A DNA stretch of 64,000 bases, taken from positions 3,596,001-3,660,000 of the forward strand of contig JAYWIR010000019.1 of assembly GCA_036172245.1 (NCBI GenBank), in the 5' to 3' direction. The notes beneath the pieces are model-generated. The model searched no databases. It was not told the DNA's origin and was given only the letters and a program-made list of their open reading frames with translations. Each line of letters begins with the position of its first letter. The first letter of the stretch is position 1. Origin of the DNA: Raillietiella orientalis (Eukaryota). The position numbers were made by a program, and so were the translations under genes. Below are positions 39,330 through 53,100 of the stretch, in pieces.

Positions 39330-41900
39330 TCTCAGCCGGAGATATTCTCACTAGTAATGTGCACGAAATCGTCAAAACCCCGGAATGATCGAAAAATGGA
39401 GGAACAAGACTCTGAGAAGCTTGTCTCTTCGGTCTTGCTACATCCTGAGCTACTCGAAATGCAGTATGAATCTTCCTGGGTGTCAGTTCTAGAGTTCAAG
39501 ACTAATTTGATTGGCGCAAATTCGATGAGGCAGCTCCGATAGGGATGAAACGCTCGGAGTTTATTTTTTAGCACTGGCGACCTCCAGCAAAAAAAAAAAA
39601 AAACGCTAGAAGCTAGCCCTTGCATGTACAGAACAAAAGGAATGAACCCATCAGGGAAGTAGAGTAAACATGGCACGAGTGAAGTGGGATTTCTTTGTGC
39701 ACTCTAGCAAAAGGATTGCAATTCCAGGACTTTATTTGACATCAAGGCATAGAAAAATCCAAACTGTTTCACCGACAAGATAGTACGACGGCATGCAGAT
39801 TTCTGTGCGCCGATCTGGCTATCCCTGACTTCGTGCTTAGTCCAGTGGTTATGTAAGTATCATAGCAAGTGGATATCTCGAGGTGTCTTGTGGTCCCCGA
39901 TTTGATTTTGCATTCAAAATCACAAATTCCTACTTGTTTCAATCTTTAATCTCTAAAGTAGAAAGGATGCAATGTATGTGCTCTGCGTCGTCTAGGTAGC
40001 CCTGGTCGGAAACCGTGTGGTTACGGTGGTCTCCGCACGTAGCACCATGCGTCGTGGGCTCGAATACTCCGAAGGAATCGATGCAGTGAGTCGTGGGTTC
40101 CCAGTTCACCCCACAGGATGACTGGTTGGCCTACATTCATCTGAGTGCGGCACTGGTAGCGGTTAAAACCGGATGCCCCCGATGAGGGCCGAGACAAATG
40201 GGAGTCGACCTCCGGGTCCTTCCAGGAATCACGGATAGGGGAGTCTTCCCTCCGGTTGTGAAGGAGCGGGTCCCCTATTCCGGGGGGACCCTCTGCGTCG
40301 TACTGATGGAGTAGGTGTGTCGCTACCACCTCTCCAGAGAGTGCAGAGAAGTAAGCCGATCCCTTCGGGGAAGCTGCGTCCTTCTGAGTTTCGGAAGCGT
40401 CCTTTCTAGGTTCCCTTCAGAGGAGCAAACAGGAGCGAATCCCTCCGGAGAAGAAATTCCAGGTTCGGATCCTTTCCGGGTTCCCTTCAGAGAAGAAAGA
40501 ATGTAGCGGACCCCACTGGGGGTCCTCCGAAGAGAATAAAGAAGGAGATTTCTTTCGGGATTTCCCTTCGGAGACAACCAGGGTGTAGGTGATCTCCATT
40601 TTGGGGGATCCCTCCCCAGGCGTGAGAGGAGCGGACTCCGAGTCCTTTCTGGATTCATAGGACGGACCCCTCTCGGGGTACCGCCTATCAATTACCCACC
40701 TTCGGGTGGCGTGGAACCATGTCGAAGAACTGCGAAGACAGAAAAGAAGGATTTCCATCATCCTATCCATCCATGGATATGCCATACTTTGCAGTGGTCA
40801 ATCTCATTATTTAAACTGGAAGCTAATGATTGGCTTCTTCAGAACTTGGTTGTTCTTCCTACTTGTTTTACTGAGTACAAGCTTTGCCTCCTGTGACTCC
40901 TAATGTTATTAGGAAGTTCCTTGTTATTAATTCGAGTACAAGCATCAGCTTTGGCAAGCACTTCGATCTGCTGGAAAAAAAGAAAAAGAAAAACGAGCTG
41001 AAAGAGAAAAGCAATAAAGGTCTAAACGCCGTTCGAAATCTCGAGTGTGCCTTTGCTTGAGGCTGCATTCTGGATACATTTTAGCACAGATCCTATCTTG
41101 CCCTTTCGCTGTAGTTGCTGCCGTATCCTCCTCAAAAGACTAGACGCTTATCTACAATTATTGGAGATTCTAATTTGCTATGCTACCTGTTAATGAATGT
41201 CCTTTGCTTTGATTCCACGATCCGATCCTGATTGCACCGTTTGTACTAGTCTGTCTTCCATTCCTCTTGATTGAAGGTGATGGAGGTGCAATTAAAGCGC
41301 GGACCCTCTCTCCAAACCTGAAAAGAAAACTTCCTGAGGACATGCTCGCAATGGTCCTGCTCCTGAGATCTGACTCCTTTAAAGCTTTTTATGCAGCTTT
41401 ATGAAGCGTCGTCGCAAGAGACAAGAGGGAACCTTCCTGCTTTCACGTACTACATCTGTACGTTTTTTCGAGACAGAAACACAGTATATTACTGTTTCCT
41501 TATGTCGGGAAGACCAGAAACGGGTTAATGAATTTCAGTAGCAGATCCTCGGATAATTTTCCAGCCCAAAAGTTCTTAGGTGAGAAGCAACAGTTTCTCT
41601 ACAGGGCAATGTGCTAATTTCATTCTAGTCGCATTAGTCGGTGGCAAAGACGTTTCCACCATCATTTGGATTTGTGTCGCCAGATGGTTGGTCCCTCATT
41701 ACCTTTCAGGTCCTCATGCCTAATATAATAAGGAAAATGGGGTAATTTAGGGTTTATGAAATATGACTCAGGAAATCTCCAAGGACAGATATTCAAGTGA
41801 AATCGAAACTGCTAGTTTGTCGAAATCAAGATTGACTAATTCGTTGAATCGAATAGAGAGAAATCTTGCTCGAGAGTTCCTTCTGATTTGTAGTTTTCAG
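39330..41900 (+). mobile_element. Decayed L1/Tx1-like RT-thumb-ZnF, interrupted by SINE copy 3
   Basis: EVGFLCAL and SRGVLWSP precede the SINE; YLFY*VQALPP...IRKF and KQQFLYRAM follow it. Confidence 0.45.
39996..40718 (+). mobile_element. tRNA-derived SINE, copy 3
   Basis: Head CCGTGTGGTTACGGTGGTCTCCGC...GGGCTCGAATAC, the same hairpin-rich body, and 3' CCACCTTCGGGTGGCGTGGA. It interrupts an L1/Tx1-like fragment. Confidence 0.75.
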
Positions 41901-42542
41901 TTCTCGTGTATTAATTTTTGTTATTGACACGCTATCCTATTCCATGAGTGACTGACCTACATTTGGAGCTCGACTGCTATTCTTCAATGAAATCCTTAAC
42001 TACCGTACACTTGTAACTTAAATCTCATGGATTGCTCCCATTGCAAAATTTGCAAGAATAGTCGTCAATTCCTCAAAACTCCTGCTCCCCCCTTCTCTCC
42101 CCATCTCTGTGCTCAACTCTTTCAACATTTCACTCTCTATCAGCAAAAATGAAAATTTCATAGGATGAATAAGTTATTATGCAGTGGCTCCACTGATGAA
42201 GTGATTTAAGAAAAATGCCAACGCATTTCTGCTGACGTTGTCGCTGTTCCCGGTAGAACACTATTCCAGTTCATAAACACGGGTATTGGTTTAGACGTAG
42301 AGCACGCTCTCGCTGCAAGCAAAACACACGCCCGACACTTCGTTAGACTGCAATACCAGCAATTCCGAGAGCAGAAGTAAGGTATAGATCTATTTCATTC
42401 TTATTCTTTGTCCGTGGCGTTTTCCTTACTTTATTTAGAAGGGATATGCAAATATTAATCATCTCCTTCCAGTGTTGTGGAATGTTGAGACATACGCAAG
42501 AAAAATTTCTGCTCGTTCCTCGTGCTTCGCTGGGAAGGTACC

Positions 42543-45155
42543 TTTCTGTTCATGACAGTCAATGATTTATCCATTTGTTTGGGATGCATGTTGGTGTTTG
42601 CGAGCTATCAAACATGTTAGGAACATGCAGTTGTGTGTTCCTGCTATGGGTCATCTAAAGCATAGAATTTGTGTTCCAACAAGCAAACGTGTTTACGGAT
42701 TAAAGAATGTTCCAGAGCGTAGTTTCGGGTGAACTCTTCAGACTTAGGTCACTTGTTCCATAAACATCCACACAAGCAGCACTGCCTTTGACATTCTCCC
42801 TCTTTTCTCTTTTTTGGCTCTAAACGAAATCGGGGTGAGATTCCGTAAAATGAATGATCCGAGCTGCTTCACATCATAGGGAAAGGTCCGAATGAGTAGC
42901 AGGACAAGGGAATACATAAAAAAAAAAAAAAGCGGAGAATTCTTCCCATGCTTGTCAATTTCGAGTGAGCGACTACTCGCTTATAAAGATGGACATTTTG
43001 AGGGAAAAGCTCTTTCAAATGTGCCGCATATACGGAGCAAAATGCGTCGTAGAAAAGAGGAAGCGAGCCCAGGAAAAGCGTCGCTTCCGTGATGCAATTT
43101 CGAAAACAACTTACGCAACCCATCACATGCAGAAGAATTCCTAGATACAGACGATCCCTGATGAGTGACCTTCCGAGGACATGGGTATTAGAGTCAGCCG
43201 TGGATATCTACTCGAAACTTCCGTGACGTTTTGAAAAAACATAACAAGCCATGGGAGAGACTTCCTCTCTAGAATCGATCAAAAACGCTGCCCGTAGCCC
43301 CTTTATTATGTGAAGCTGCATGTAAGGTGAATAGTTCATCAAACTTGAAACTTCGGAGGTCGGAACGAAATCTCGTTCACAGCCATCCTCTTCATCACTC
43401 GGGATTCTCGGGGTTCCAAACAGAAATCATCACATTTCACAATGAAAACACAAAAAGCTGAATGGTGTCCTTACTCTTCTTCTGAAAAATACAGAGATGA
43501 ATGAATTTTGGGAAAGCCGATACATTAGCAACCCTGGAAATAAGGTTGGGAATTGAATAAATAATTTCAATGAATTTGACCATCTATGTACTTTTCCTCT
43601 GTATAACTCAGACCTCGATTCCAGGTGACGTCGATCACGACGGCTGCCTTCTCAGAGTTGTTCCTCACCAAGATCTCCGAGATATGAATCTGGAAGATAT
43701 TGAAGGAATTACTATTCTCTTGTAAAAGCACTGTTCAGAGCGCCTCATTCCTAAATCCGAAATAGGAAATGGCAAAATGTAACTGGATCTAATGCAATCT
43801 GTGTGAATAGGTGTCTTTATAAGCAAGTGAAGAATATTCACTTCAAGAACATCAATAGTCCACAAGATTAATTGATGCTTTGTTATTAGAGAAGGTTATA
43901 TTTTATTTCCTTGCTCGTTATTCAACACATGCATGCCATACCATCTTTTTGTTTGGAATGAAATGGAATAGCCAAAGAGTACAGTTTCAAAAAAAAAATA
44001 ATCGAGCCCGTCATTCTACAAGCCAAAAATATGCAACATAAAAAAGGACGAAAGATAATCAAGCAGATGCCTAACGTAGACATTTAAAAAAAGCATCTCG
44101 GCAGTAGGAAACATTCAGAAGAATTTACTTTTAATGGGAAAGAGGCGAATCGAATGCATTGGAATGATGTAATCATTTAACTAATCATGTCATTGTCTGG
44201 CTTACGAAACTAATGAACGCAGCAAACTTTAATGGTGATATTTTTTCTTTTTCATTTTGATGAGGAATTCGGCTGATTGTATTATCCCTAAACGACCAAT
44301 GCAACGTGCAGGTATCCAGCAAAAAAGCAAACACTGAAAAATGGCACCAAAAGCAAAATGAACTTAGATTCCAACTTTCAGTATCAAGTTTTAATTTTTT
44401 CTAATGATGACTTCCGCTTGTTTATTCAAATACCACGAAAAACGGGGCATAAGGTCCTATTTGGAAATTGTTATTGAGATGCTCTCTAAACAAGACGATA
44501 ATTCTTGGATCGTTTTGTAAAGAGTGTCACTTATTTGAGAGAAACAGTTTGATCAGCACTCCCTAGAACTGAGTGAGAATGTAGAAAAACGGTTGCACGT
44601 CCATTTTTGCCATGAAGAGCTGATGGAATGAATAATACATACCGTTCAATGGCAAGAAGTAGTAGTATCTTATAGTATCTTTTTATCCGATCATGAAAAT
44701 CATAAAAAGGGAAGAAAAAAACTCTCCTATTTCAATGATTTTAACAACCTGTCGCTTTGTTTCGTAAACTGAGTAATTCGGATTAATGACGAAAGGTTTC
44801 CAAGACTTGTGAATATCATCTTTAGCTTATCTTATCTAAACATTCGTTCATGTGATCAACTGATTTCTGACTATCGAGAAATTTCTGCTCCTGCAGAGGC
44901 AGGATTGTTGTGGGCAACAGATTCCTATTTCCCATGTAAAAGGGACAATATCAGCACTCTTTTCTGTTCATGGCAACCAATGATTCATTCATTTGTTTGT
45001 GATGCATGTTGGTGTTCGCGAGCTATCAAACATGTTAGGAACATGTAGTTTGTTCCTGCTTTGTGTCATCTAAAACGTAAAATCTGTGTTCCTACAACCA
45101 AACGTATTTGTGGCTTCAAGGACATTCCAGAGCGCTGTTCCGTGTAAATTCTTCA
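42543..45155 (+). repeat. Pair of ~200-bp diverged direct repeats (42543-42740 and 44961-45155)
   Basis: Both carry the core gatgcatgttggtgttYgcgagctatcaaacatgttaggaacatg, with colinear flanks. Confidence 0.85.
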
Positions 45156-45329
45156 TGCATGGTAAAGTTCTTTTCTGTTCTGAGTAATACTGAGGATTCT
45201 TCCTTGTCTATGTATGCCTAAAGCAAAATCCATACGGAATAAGTAGTGGCATGAAATAATAACGATTTCATGTGAGCTGGCCAAAAACTCCCCCTGGCAC
45301 CATTGAGGGGGAGGGGGTGGAAACTCTTG

Positions 45330-45960
45330 ATTTCTCCAAGAGGACTGATTCAAGGTGTGCTTTTCTGAAACCTGATTTGGAGTAGTGCAGGTCAACTGGA
45401 GCTCAGAAATCATCGAAAAATTCTGGGGAGGGGAATAAAAGTATCAATCAAGTGCACTACCATGAATCCAAAACTTTGATTTCTTATGGTGGGGGTGGGA
45501 TTTGTCTCCGAAATGATAGGCGTAGGAGCAGCACTTATTAAATCACGACCATAACAAAACCACAGCTATAGTCTATTCATTAAAAGATTCGTTCGAAATT
45601 TTCTTTTCATCCATTGGGCTGCCGATGAAGACATTAGCAAAATAACCATGATCTTCAAATCTCAAAATCCTCCAAATGCCCTGAAAAAAATTCAGATCTC
45701 TACCAACTGCTTGCAGGAACAGGGAAGCCAAATAATAAACTGTACTTGAAGAGTTCTTTCAAGGAAAATCGGGACCGAAAACAGATCATTCTGAAGGCAA
45801 AGTTAAAAAACAAAATTGTTGACTCTTCAAAAATAAAGGGTTCAGCTGTTATCAAAATTTGGATTATTTTAGTGAGCAATTGGATTCAGATGGCTTTGAG
45901 TCCGATTTCAATTGAGTTACCTTTGATAAGGGAGTCTATCAAAAATGACTCTCGTATCAA
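45330..45960 (+). mobile_element. Possible CR1/L2-type APE fragment
   Basis: VCFSET*F (ETWL), YGGGGICLRN (GGGV) and QIINCT*RV (Q.I..PTR). Confidence 0.3.
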
Positions 45961-46669
45961 AGATAGATTTTAAATAACATTTGTTCTCTTTAAATATAGT
46001 TGTCCTGGATATGATTTTCACTTGAGACTGGTGCGGAAGTTTGAATTAACAATATAAGAACTCAAAAGAATGTGACGCCATCGTACATTTGATGGTACTG
46101 TACTCTGAATGCTCGTTAGCAACCACGGAAAGCACATCAAACGAATCAACTTTTACGATGTTGTTTCGAAGTTTTGTATATGTTTGGTCTACCATTCCCT
46201 GTTTGTTCCCTGGAAACATCAAATAAGCTGGCTTCAAGTTTCAAGAACAGCTTGATCACTCCTGCAACATTTAGCTTGTGTGTTTGTACTTTACGTAACT
46301 GTTTCATTATCTTATCATTTCCTATCCTGGATTTTTTTTTTTTTTTTCAAGCATTAATCCTGAATCCACCAGACGATAGGATCACCAAGCAATTCATTTC
46401 ATTTCTGAGGTCGGATAATGCGTAGTTTTTTAGACGTATTTCAAGAGGTTGCAGCAACACTACGCTTACGTATAGCTGCTTGACTTTGTTGCATTACGTT
46501 ACATTAAGTGTATAACTATTGCCTATACATTGTTCTGCTGTAATCAAGTGGTGGTCTTTTATGAGATCACAAAAGTTTCCACTTCTTTTTATAAGTGTAG
46601 TATAAATTGTGAAAATATTATGTATTCTGACGTTTGTTTTCGAAACATTAGAAACCATGGAAATGTGAA

Positions 46670-47973
46670 ATGGAAGAAAAGCATACAGTTAAAGAGGTGT
46701 TCCCTTTGTTAATTAATAGTGAATATTCTGATTATGAATTGTGTCAGCCCTCGTTCACATCGGGAAGGAAGAAAAAACTCAAGAAGTTTGTATTTTGTGT
46801 TATATGCGTTAGCAGATTTATGAATCTTTTACAGGAGGAACAAATCATTTCGCATATGTGCAGAAAAAAAATTTACTCCAACCAGTCCAACCAGTGTGTC
46901 ATCTCTAGGTTTATGGGGTATTGCTAGCCTTATTTTCTTTGGCATTATTATATGCCTAGGTTGGTTAATAGTAAATGTGCACATAGGTGTCAATCTAATG
47001 GATTTAAGACTTAAGAAAGGTATGTTGTACATAATTATTGAAAAGGAAAATTGAACGCCATTTCATAAAAGCATTTAAGCGTTCACATTTGCTATTGTTA
47101 TTGTATATCATTTTGTAAGGTGTCTGTATATTGATGTTAAGCATGATTACAAAATGGAAAGAGAAGAAACAAACATTAGACATGAAAACAGAGAACAAAC
47201 ACATTTCAGAGTAGGAGTTGCAGTTGAATGTGCAGTGCTGTACATAATATATATTATGTTTTCTACACACAGAGTGTACTTTTATTTACTTCTGCATGTT
47301 TGAACTACCCAAAATGAAGAGATATCTTCTATTGTCAGTTAACACATGTATTCTTTGTGACAAGTCAATAATGCATCAGTCATGTATTTTTAATGAATCT
47401 TTTCATCATATATCATTTAAAATCTCTATTTAAAACTTTAAAAATTGAGCCACATTATGGTCAGTTTTGTATATTTTGAGTATTCTGTATCATCAGTAGA
47501 AGAATTTACTTCAGCACCAAATGTGTCCAGTATCCATTTATTACTTGACAACCTTTCAAAAAATCAAGCAAGACAGCAAATGGAATTGGAGAAATTGGAA
47601 TCCAAGTTACAAGTCTTCCTTTCACAGGTTTGCTGCCTATTTAAAAAAAAAAAAAAAAAAGATATTTAAAGGAAGTGTGATTCTAGATACCAATCGCTGA
47701 TAAGTTTTCAAATCTTCCTCCAACTCAAAGTACAGCTTCTTTTCTAGTACACAAATCACAAAATAATTCAAAAAGTATGCAACAGCTATTCCTGGAAATG
47801 CAAATGCAATTAGATCATGTGACATCATTTGTGAAGTTGCTTAAAGATTCTTATGAAACATTGCAGAAAGATCATAATAAATTGTTTGAAGAACTCAATG
47901 ATAGACAGGTAACATGCATCTAGTTTTTTGTCTTGCTCTACAAAACAAAACACATTAGATATTAGGAAGGTAG
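46670..47973 (+). CDS. Putative multi-exon gene for an unknown coiled-coil protein (exons ~46670-46696, 46748-46785, 46835-46908, 47497-47627, 47687-47908, last exon ambiguous)
   Basis: GT-AG introns of 51, 49, 588 and 59 nt give a phase-consistent, stop-free 164-codon join. It includes heptad-like segments (LLLDNLSKNQARQQMELEKLESKLQ; MQMQLDHVTSFVKLLKDSYETLQKDHNKLFEELND). Intron sizes and AT-rich context match SRP54. Donors are weak and I recognise no homologue. Confidence 0.4.
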
Positions 47974-50159
47974 CTGACAAGCTCAATAAAGCAGATCATA
48001 ATAGCAGATTCCAATCACTCCAATCGAGAGAAGTTAAATTCCCTAGATAGACATATTTGAATTTTATTATTTATTCACTGTGTATTGGATTCTACATGAA
48101 GAAAAGACATGATATAACCTGAAAAGGGGTTTTGCTGGATGGAAAACGAAGATGGAAATGCTGTTATCAAGAACGTTGCATGTCGTGCTGTTTCTTTGAA
48201 AATTGAAAATCTCACACCAATGTCGAATGTTTAGATTCCATGGAATTGGTCTTTCGATTTCTTCGAAAGAATTTGTGGTTTGAACCATGCAGGATATGGC
48301 AGCTGAAGTTAATGATCACAAAATTATCAAAAACCAATCCTGAGCAAAATAAGTATAAATCGCAAAATGTATTCTTGGTATTAAAAATACGAAATTAGTA
48401 TCTTTTTTTCAGACTAGAAAAAATAAAAACACTTTTAGAAACACTGCCAAATTAGTTATTTAACCACCAAATTTCATGGTTTAATGTATGTTTAGAAGCA
48501 TTTTTTTTTATAAAAATTAAAGACTGTCCAGTTGCCTCAAACAGGTTATAGTTAGTCACTTTGAGATATTTAAAAGGTTACTTCTGAGTAGGTTTTCTCC
48601 GATTTTCCAAGAATTTTCGAGAAAACATGAAGCATTTATGCAGGGTAACAAGAGTGTAAAACCTGTTTCATAATGTGAAATAAATCATTAAGAACTCAGT
48701 TGAGTTTTTGGAATTGTATGCTATTTCGTTTTGCAGTGATCGACCATTTGCTGTTTTTTCCATTCAAATATTTTTCCTTTATACCTTTTTTTTATTGCGA
48801 CAACAGTGACAGGCACCAGACAGATTCAAGAGTATATTATCCATGAGATACATTTAAAGCTTAAAGAAATTGGAAAGTAAAAACTCGTCCTTAACCATGG
48901 AGAAAATACTATAGAAGCAGTATAAACGAGCACGAATACTTGAGTTAGCATATGAGTATAATGATTGTGTTGAGATGATTGAGCGTGAATAATTCAGTAA
49001 TAATTCTATTTAGTACTAAGACACTAACTAATGCGATGACCATGTTTGCAATGTAAATTCGTCTAAGAAACTGGCATAGTTTTCATAGAATTTAAAGCAT
49101 AGGATAGTTGGGAGCTACGTCCTATGCTGTATTATTTTTGAGTGCTTAATTACGAGTTAAAAACCCTGGATAGTGGTGTTGCAAGATGAGCAGTGATACC
49201 CTCTAGAACACCATTCTTAAGGAATACCAGATAATGATCTAATTAAAGACGCTGTTACGATTTAATGCAAATGGACCAATGTTTGCATCAGTATGGTTCA
49301 TTTGGAAAAGTGTTGAGTTGAATTTTAATTTCCCAATTCATGTCTGAAATTCAAGTTGTATGGTTAAAAATTAAGATTAAAATAAGAATGTTATCAGCAT
49401 CATGGGCTTAGAGGTAGCTATTATAGGGTTTTAATACTAAGTTAATATTGATTTTTAAAATATTATGTGAATCGAATATAATTAATAATGATTTATGTGA
49501 GATAATGTTTTGATTAGTAAAAATGTTGAGTAAAATTAAGTTGTGAAGTATTGAAATACTTTTCATTAGTAACACTGTTTTATATTGGTTTCTGTTTAGT
49601 CACTTCGAGTTATTGAACTCATCATTCCGATCCCCATTAGTCCTCCTCCCATTTATGTAGTACAAATTCATAAAAACAATACTTTCATTGCTCAGTGGCA
49701 CATAATATAAGAGCATTAACTTCATGTATAGATAATTTCAATTTGTCCTTCAACAATGCTGGAAAACTACATTTTCATATGTAAACAAAAACAGCTATTG
49801 AAGTTTTTCCCACGTTTCTCCTTTAGAAAACACACGTCTTCATGAGGGAACTAAAAAGTAGAATTCAATTCTAATTAACATAGCGACCAATATCGTTTGT
49901 AATCTACGATTTGTGAGAACTACATGTGAAAGAGCTTTGTAAGCATTTTGAGTGTGTAACCTGAATCTCCAATTCGAAGGCACTTATTCTCACATGGAAG
50001 TTTTAGGATTATATGAGTAGTAACCTGGAAAAATCAGTAACTTTACTGGTTAAGGCTCGAGGCTTGAAATCATAAAATCTCCGATCTTTTTTACGTAATT
50101 TTCATTCCGAACGTGAACTAGAACCTATTGAATAACCATCGACTCACATGCAATCTCTA

Positions 50160-51360
50160 CATTTATTCTTTCTAGGCTAAATCCATTGGTAGTTGTTATC
50201 CATGGCTAAGCTTTCAGTCGCTCAAATTTCAATTAGAGAAGTACAGTGCAAGCATACAAAAAAAATTAAATTGGATGGCTCTGCCGTATCTCTTTCTTGG
50301 ACTAAGACAATGGTCAATCTTCATGGGTTAGAAGAGTGACTCTTCCTCTTCTGCCATTGTTCCCTGTTGCAGATTAATGGCATGATCTGGAAGATGTCCT
50401 AGACGGTGCGTCCAGTGGATGTACTTACTGAGATGGACACATGAGACCACCATTAAGTGCCTCACTGTATCCGCATACCGCTTCGGGATACCCAACTCAC
50501 GAATGACTTTATCGTTTAATGACTTTAATCCTAGTGCACCTACAATAAATGCACGTGCTTGAGCCTGAAGACTTTTTCTCGTAAATAGCAAGGCCATTTC
50601 CTGGTAACTCTCGTAATTTTCCGATCTTGTGAGGCTGAAAACCTCTTTCTTATTTTCAAAGGGGCAAGAGAACTTGGACGATAATATCAGATGCGCCTTC
50701 TGCAACACCAGGTCTGGTCTTAGATTGGAATTTAACCAATGTTTGGAAGAAGAGTTTGATTCAGAGGTCAGACTTTGATTAATTAGTCTATTTTCGAAAT
50801 GCAATTTGATTTACATACTGGATTTCAGCCGTTTTCTTCGTGAATCTAAAATGCATATCCTTTTCAAATGAGATGACTTTGCTTCGTTACCTTTTGTATC
50901 AATTGCTTCAACCATGATAACTCTACAGTCATCCCTTCGCTCTGACGCTTATTGCCTGAAGCAGATGAAAATGCTGTTACTGCATACAATAAAAAAATGC
51001 AGTTACATTTGACATTACGTTCGAAATGTCCTTGAAAGCATTCCTCGAGTTTCCAGTGCGTGGTTTAATTTTGCTGTAAATCATTCGTTAACCCTCAGTA
51101 AAATACCTGTACTCACGACAACTTATTACATATTCTTCTGTATTTAAACCAACTAGCGAAGTCTTTAATATTTTTTTTACGCACTTTGCTGACTGCAGCA
51201 AGTGACATTCACAACACGCACTTGCAACATTCAGTCGTGACAAAAACAGTGTCCACCACTGATCATCTTTGAAAAAATGTCTTTTTTGTTGTTCTTGTCT
51301 TTTTCCAACAGATGTTAGAACGCAAGCAGTGGTCATTTTTTCCCAGTCCGACATGCGGTA
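50160..51360 (-). mobile_element. RLE-type non-LTR retrotransposon 3' end, NeSL/Utopia-like
   Basis: ORF 50328-50804 reads LRPDLVL...SCPFEN...AFIVGALG...NDKVIRELGI..Y....RHLMV...HRLG. Upstream lies WTLFLSRLNV..CCEC (cf. WRFxHRARLN / zinc knuckle), and AATAAA occurs near 50165 on the minus strand. Confidence 0.8.
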
Positions 51361-52099
51361 GGGTTAGTTTATTCGTTCTTTTAACAAAAAACAATCAAAC
51401 AAATCAGGCCCTCCAATTTCTTCTCCGTCCCAATTCCCCCCTTCCCTCTCGTTCATTCTTAACTTGATCTCCCACTCCTCTGAACACCGCAAAACATTCT
51501 TTGCCTGGTGGGAAACAGGAAACACGACAGGCAAAGATCATAGCTCTCTAGGGAGAATTTTATTCGTATCGTTTGATTGTTTTTTGTTCGAAGACACGAA
51601 CTTGCTTTGGTCCCTGGCACACGAGTTCAACAGCGCGGCTCTGCAGCAGAAGGGACATTGCCATGGCGACCCACTGCCTCCGGTCGATCAGGTTGCGAAT
51701 GGAGCCCCGATAACCAGCGACTCCTGGCGGAGAGGTTCCACATCTGAGCCAGCTGTTCAAAAACAAGAAACCCTGGGGATCGTGTGCACCCGTCGTAGTC
51801 GCGAATGCACAACGCTCCTCATGTAGGTTCTCAGAACGCACTTGGTGGCAGCAAGTTCAATGCATCTTCCTCACGGACGCAAAGAGTACAGCGAAAAACA
51901 TCCGTCAAGCGGAGGGCATGAAAGCGAAACGCCTGCTGCTGCTTTTGGCACGAAAGAAGCCAAGGTTCCAGGAAACCAAGCATCAATCAATGTCCGACAA
52001 GGAGAGGGATTGTCCTACATGCGGGAAAAGGATGGCTTTAAGTGCAATACGTAGACAGGAGCGCGCTGCGTCGTGGACTGTGGGGCCAAAACGAACGTG

Positions 52100-53100
52100 C
52101 GTACTCTTGCTCAAGCGGGAAGGCTGTGGCGCGTACAGGGACTGACCGCCAAACGCAAGCAGCACCTTGCAAAGCAGAGTCCTTCCATCCTCCAGCCCTG
52201 AGTTCGGACTCTGAAAGTCACCTTTGCAGTGTCCTTGAGTCGTCCCCAGCACTATCACCATTGGAAGCATTTGTCTCGGAAGAGCAGAGAACGCAGACGA
52301 TTCGGGCAAATCAACAGGCACACAGGGACCGAGTCCGAAGAAGAAAAGTTTTCCTGAATGCGCTTCACGGGAACGCGAATCTGCATGTTATCCTTCCTTG
52401 AGGTGCGACGATCCATTCGTTGGCAGTATGAATCCGATAGCATCCTCAGTTAGAGTTGCTCCAGCCTCCCTAAAAATTCGTGATGCAACCGACGTCCTCC
52501 GAAGGAGGCGAGGCACAAACAGAGCTCCCCAATGCAAGGCACTCTGCAGCATCCCACGAAGGTGGACAATTTTTATTTTCATTCGAATTTATCCGATAGT
52601 GTCCCCAAGAGTTTCGTTCCATCATCCGAAGCTACTGTCACACCCTGGTAATCCGTGCAGGAGAAAAAATTTCGTTGCGCCAGGGTGGTCGTCATGGCGG
52701 CCGAAGTCCAACTCGCAATAAAAGGTCCATCATCCACGAACAATAAGGCGATCATCCAAACCGTGCAACACTCGGTGGCAACTTCTCCACACCTTGAAAA
52801 AAAATACAGCCAAATTGATGTCATCAGTGCTGATCTGATCGAACATGAGATCCAAAGCAAGCGCAGCCTGCTCCAAAGGCCCCCAACAGACTTTAGAGAC
52901 AACCAGCCCTCGCTACACCCGAAGCGCAGTAGAACTTTTGCATTACAAGTTGCACTCTACATTAACATCCCGCAAAGGCGGCAAGTCTGAAACACCCCTT
53001 ACCTCGCCCACTTCCAGAAGTCCTCTAAGAGAAATCCTTCCAAACCGCATGCTTCATAAGTGCAAAAAGCTCCTCTCACCAGGAGGCAGTCCACATTTCC
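52100..53100 (-). mobile_element. Possible LINE APE plus linker fragment
   Basis: GPFIA..DFGRH (GDFN.H), SSDSVPV (SDH.PV) and WGRLKDTAK. Confidence 0.35.

Noticed and set aside
43158..43218. CTGATGA...GAAA hammerhead ribozyme core
   Set aside because: Stem II does not pair in the required register, and I found no stems I/III.
48067..49062. Possible minus-strand gene converging on the coiled-coil gene
   Set aside because: Acceptor-like sites and an AATAAA exist, but I could not build a consistent exon chain.
49090..49790. Strand-skewed AT-rich tract with several hairpins (NUMT or structured ncRNA?)
   Set aside because: Only faint ND2-like or rRNA-like words, with no continuous frame or known fold. 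BLAST against the mitogenome and Rfam would be needed.
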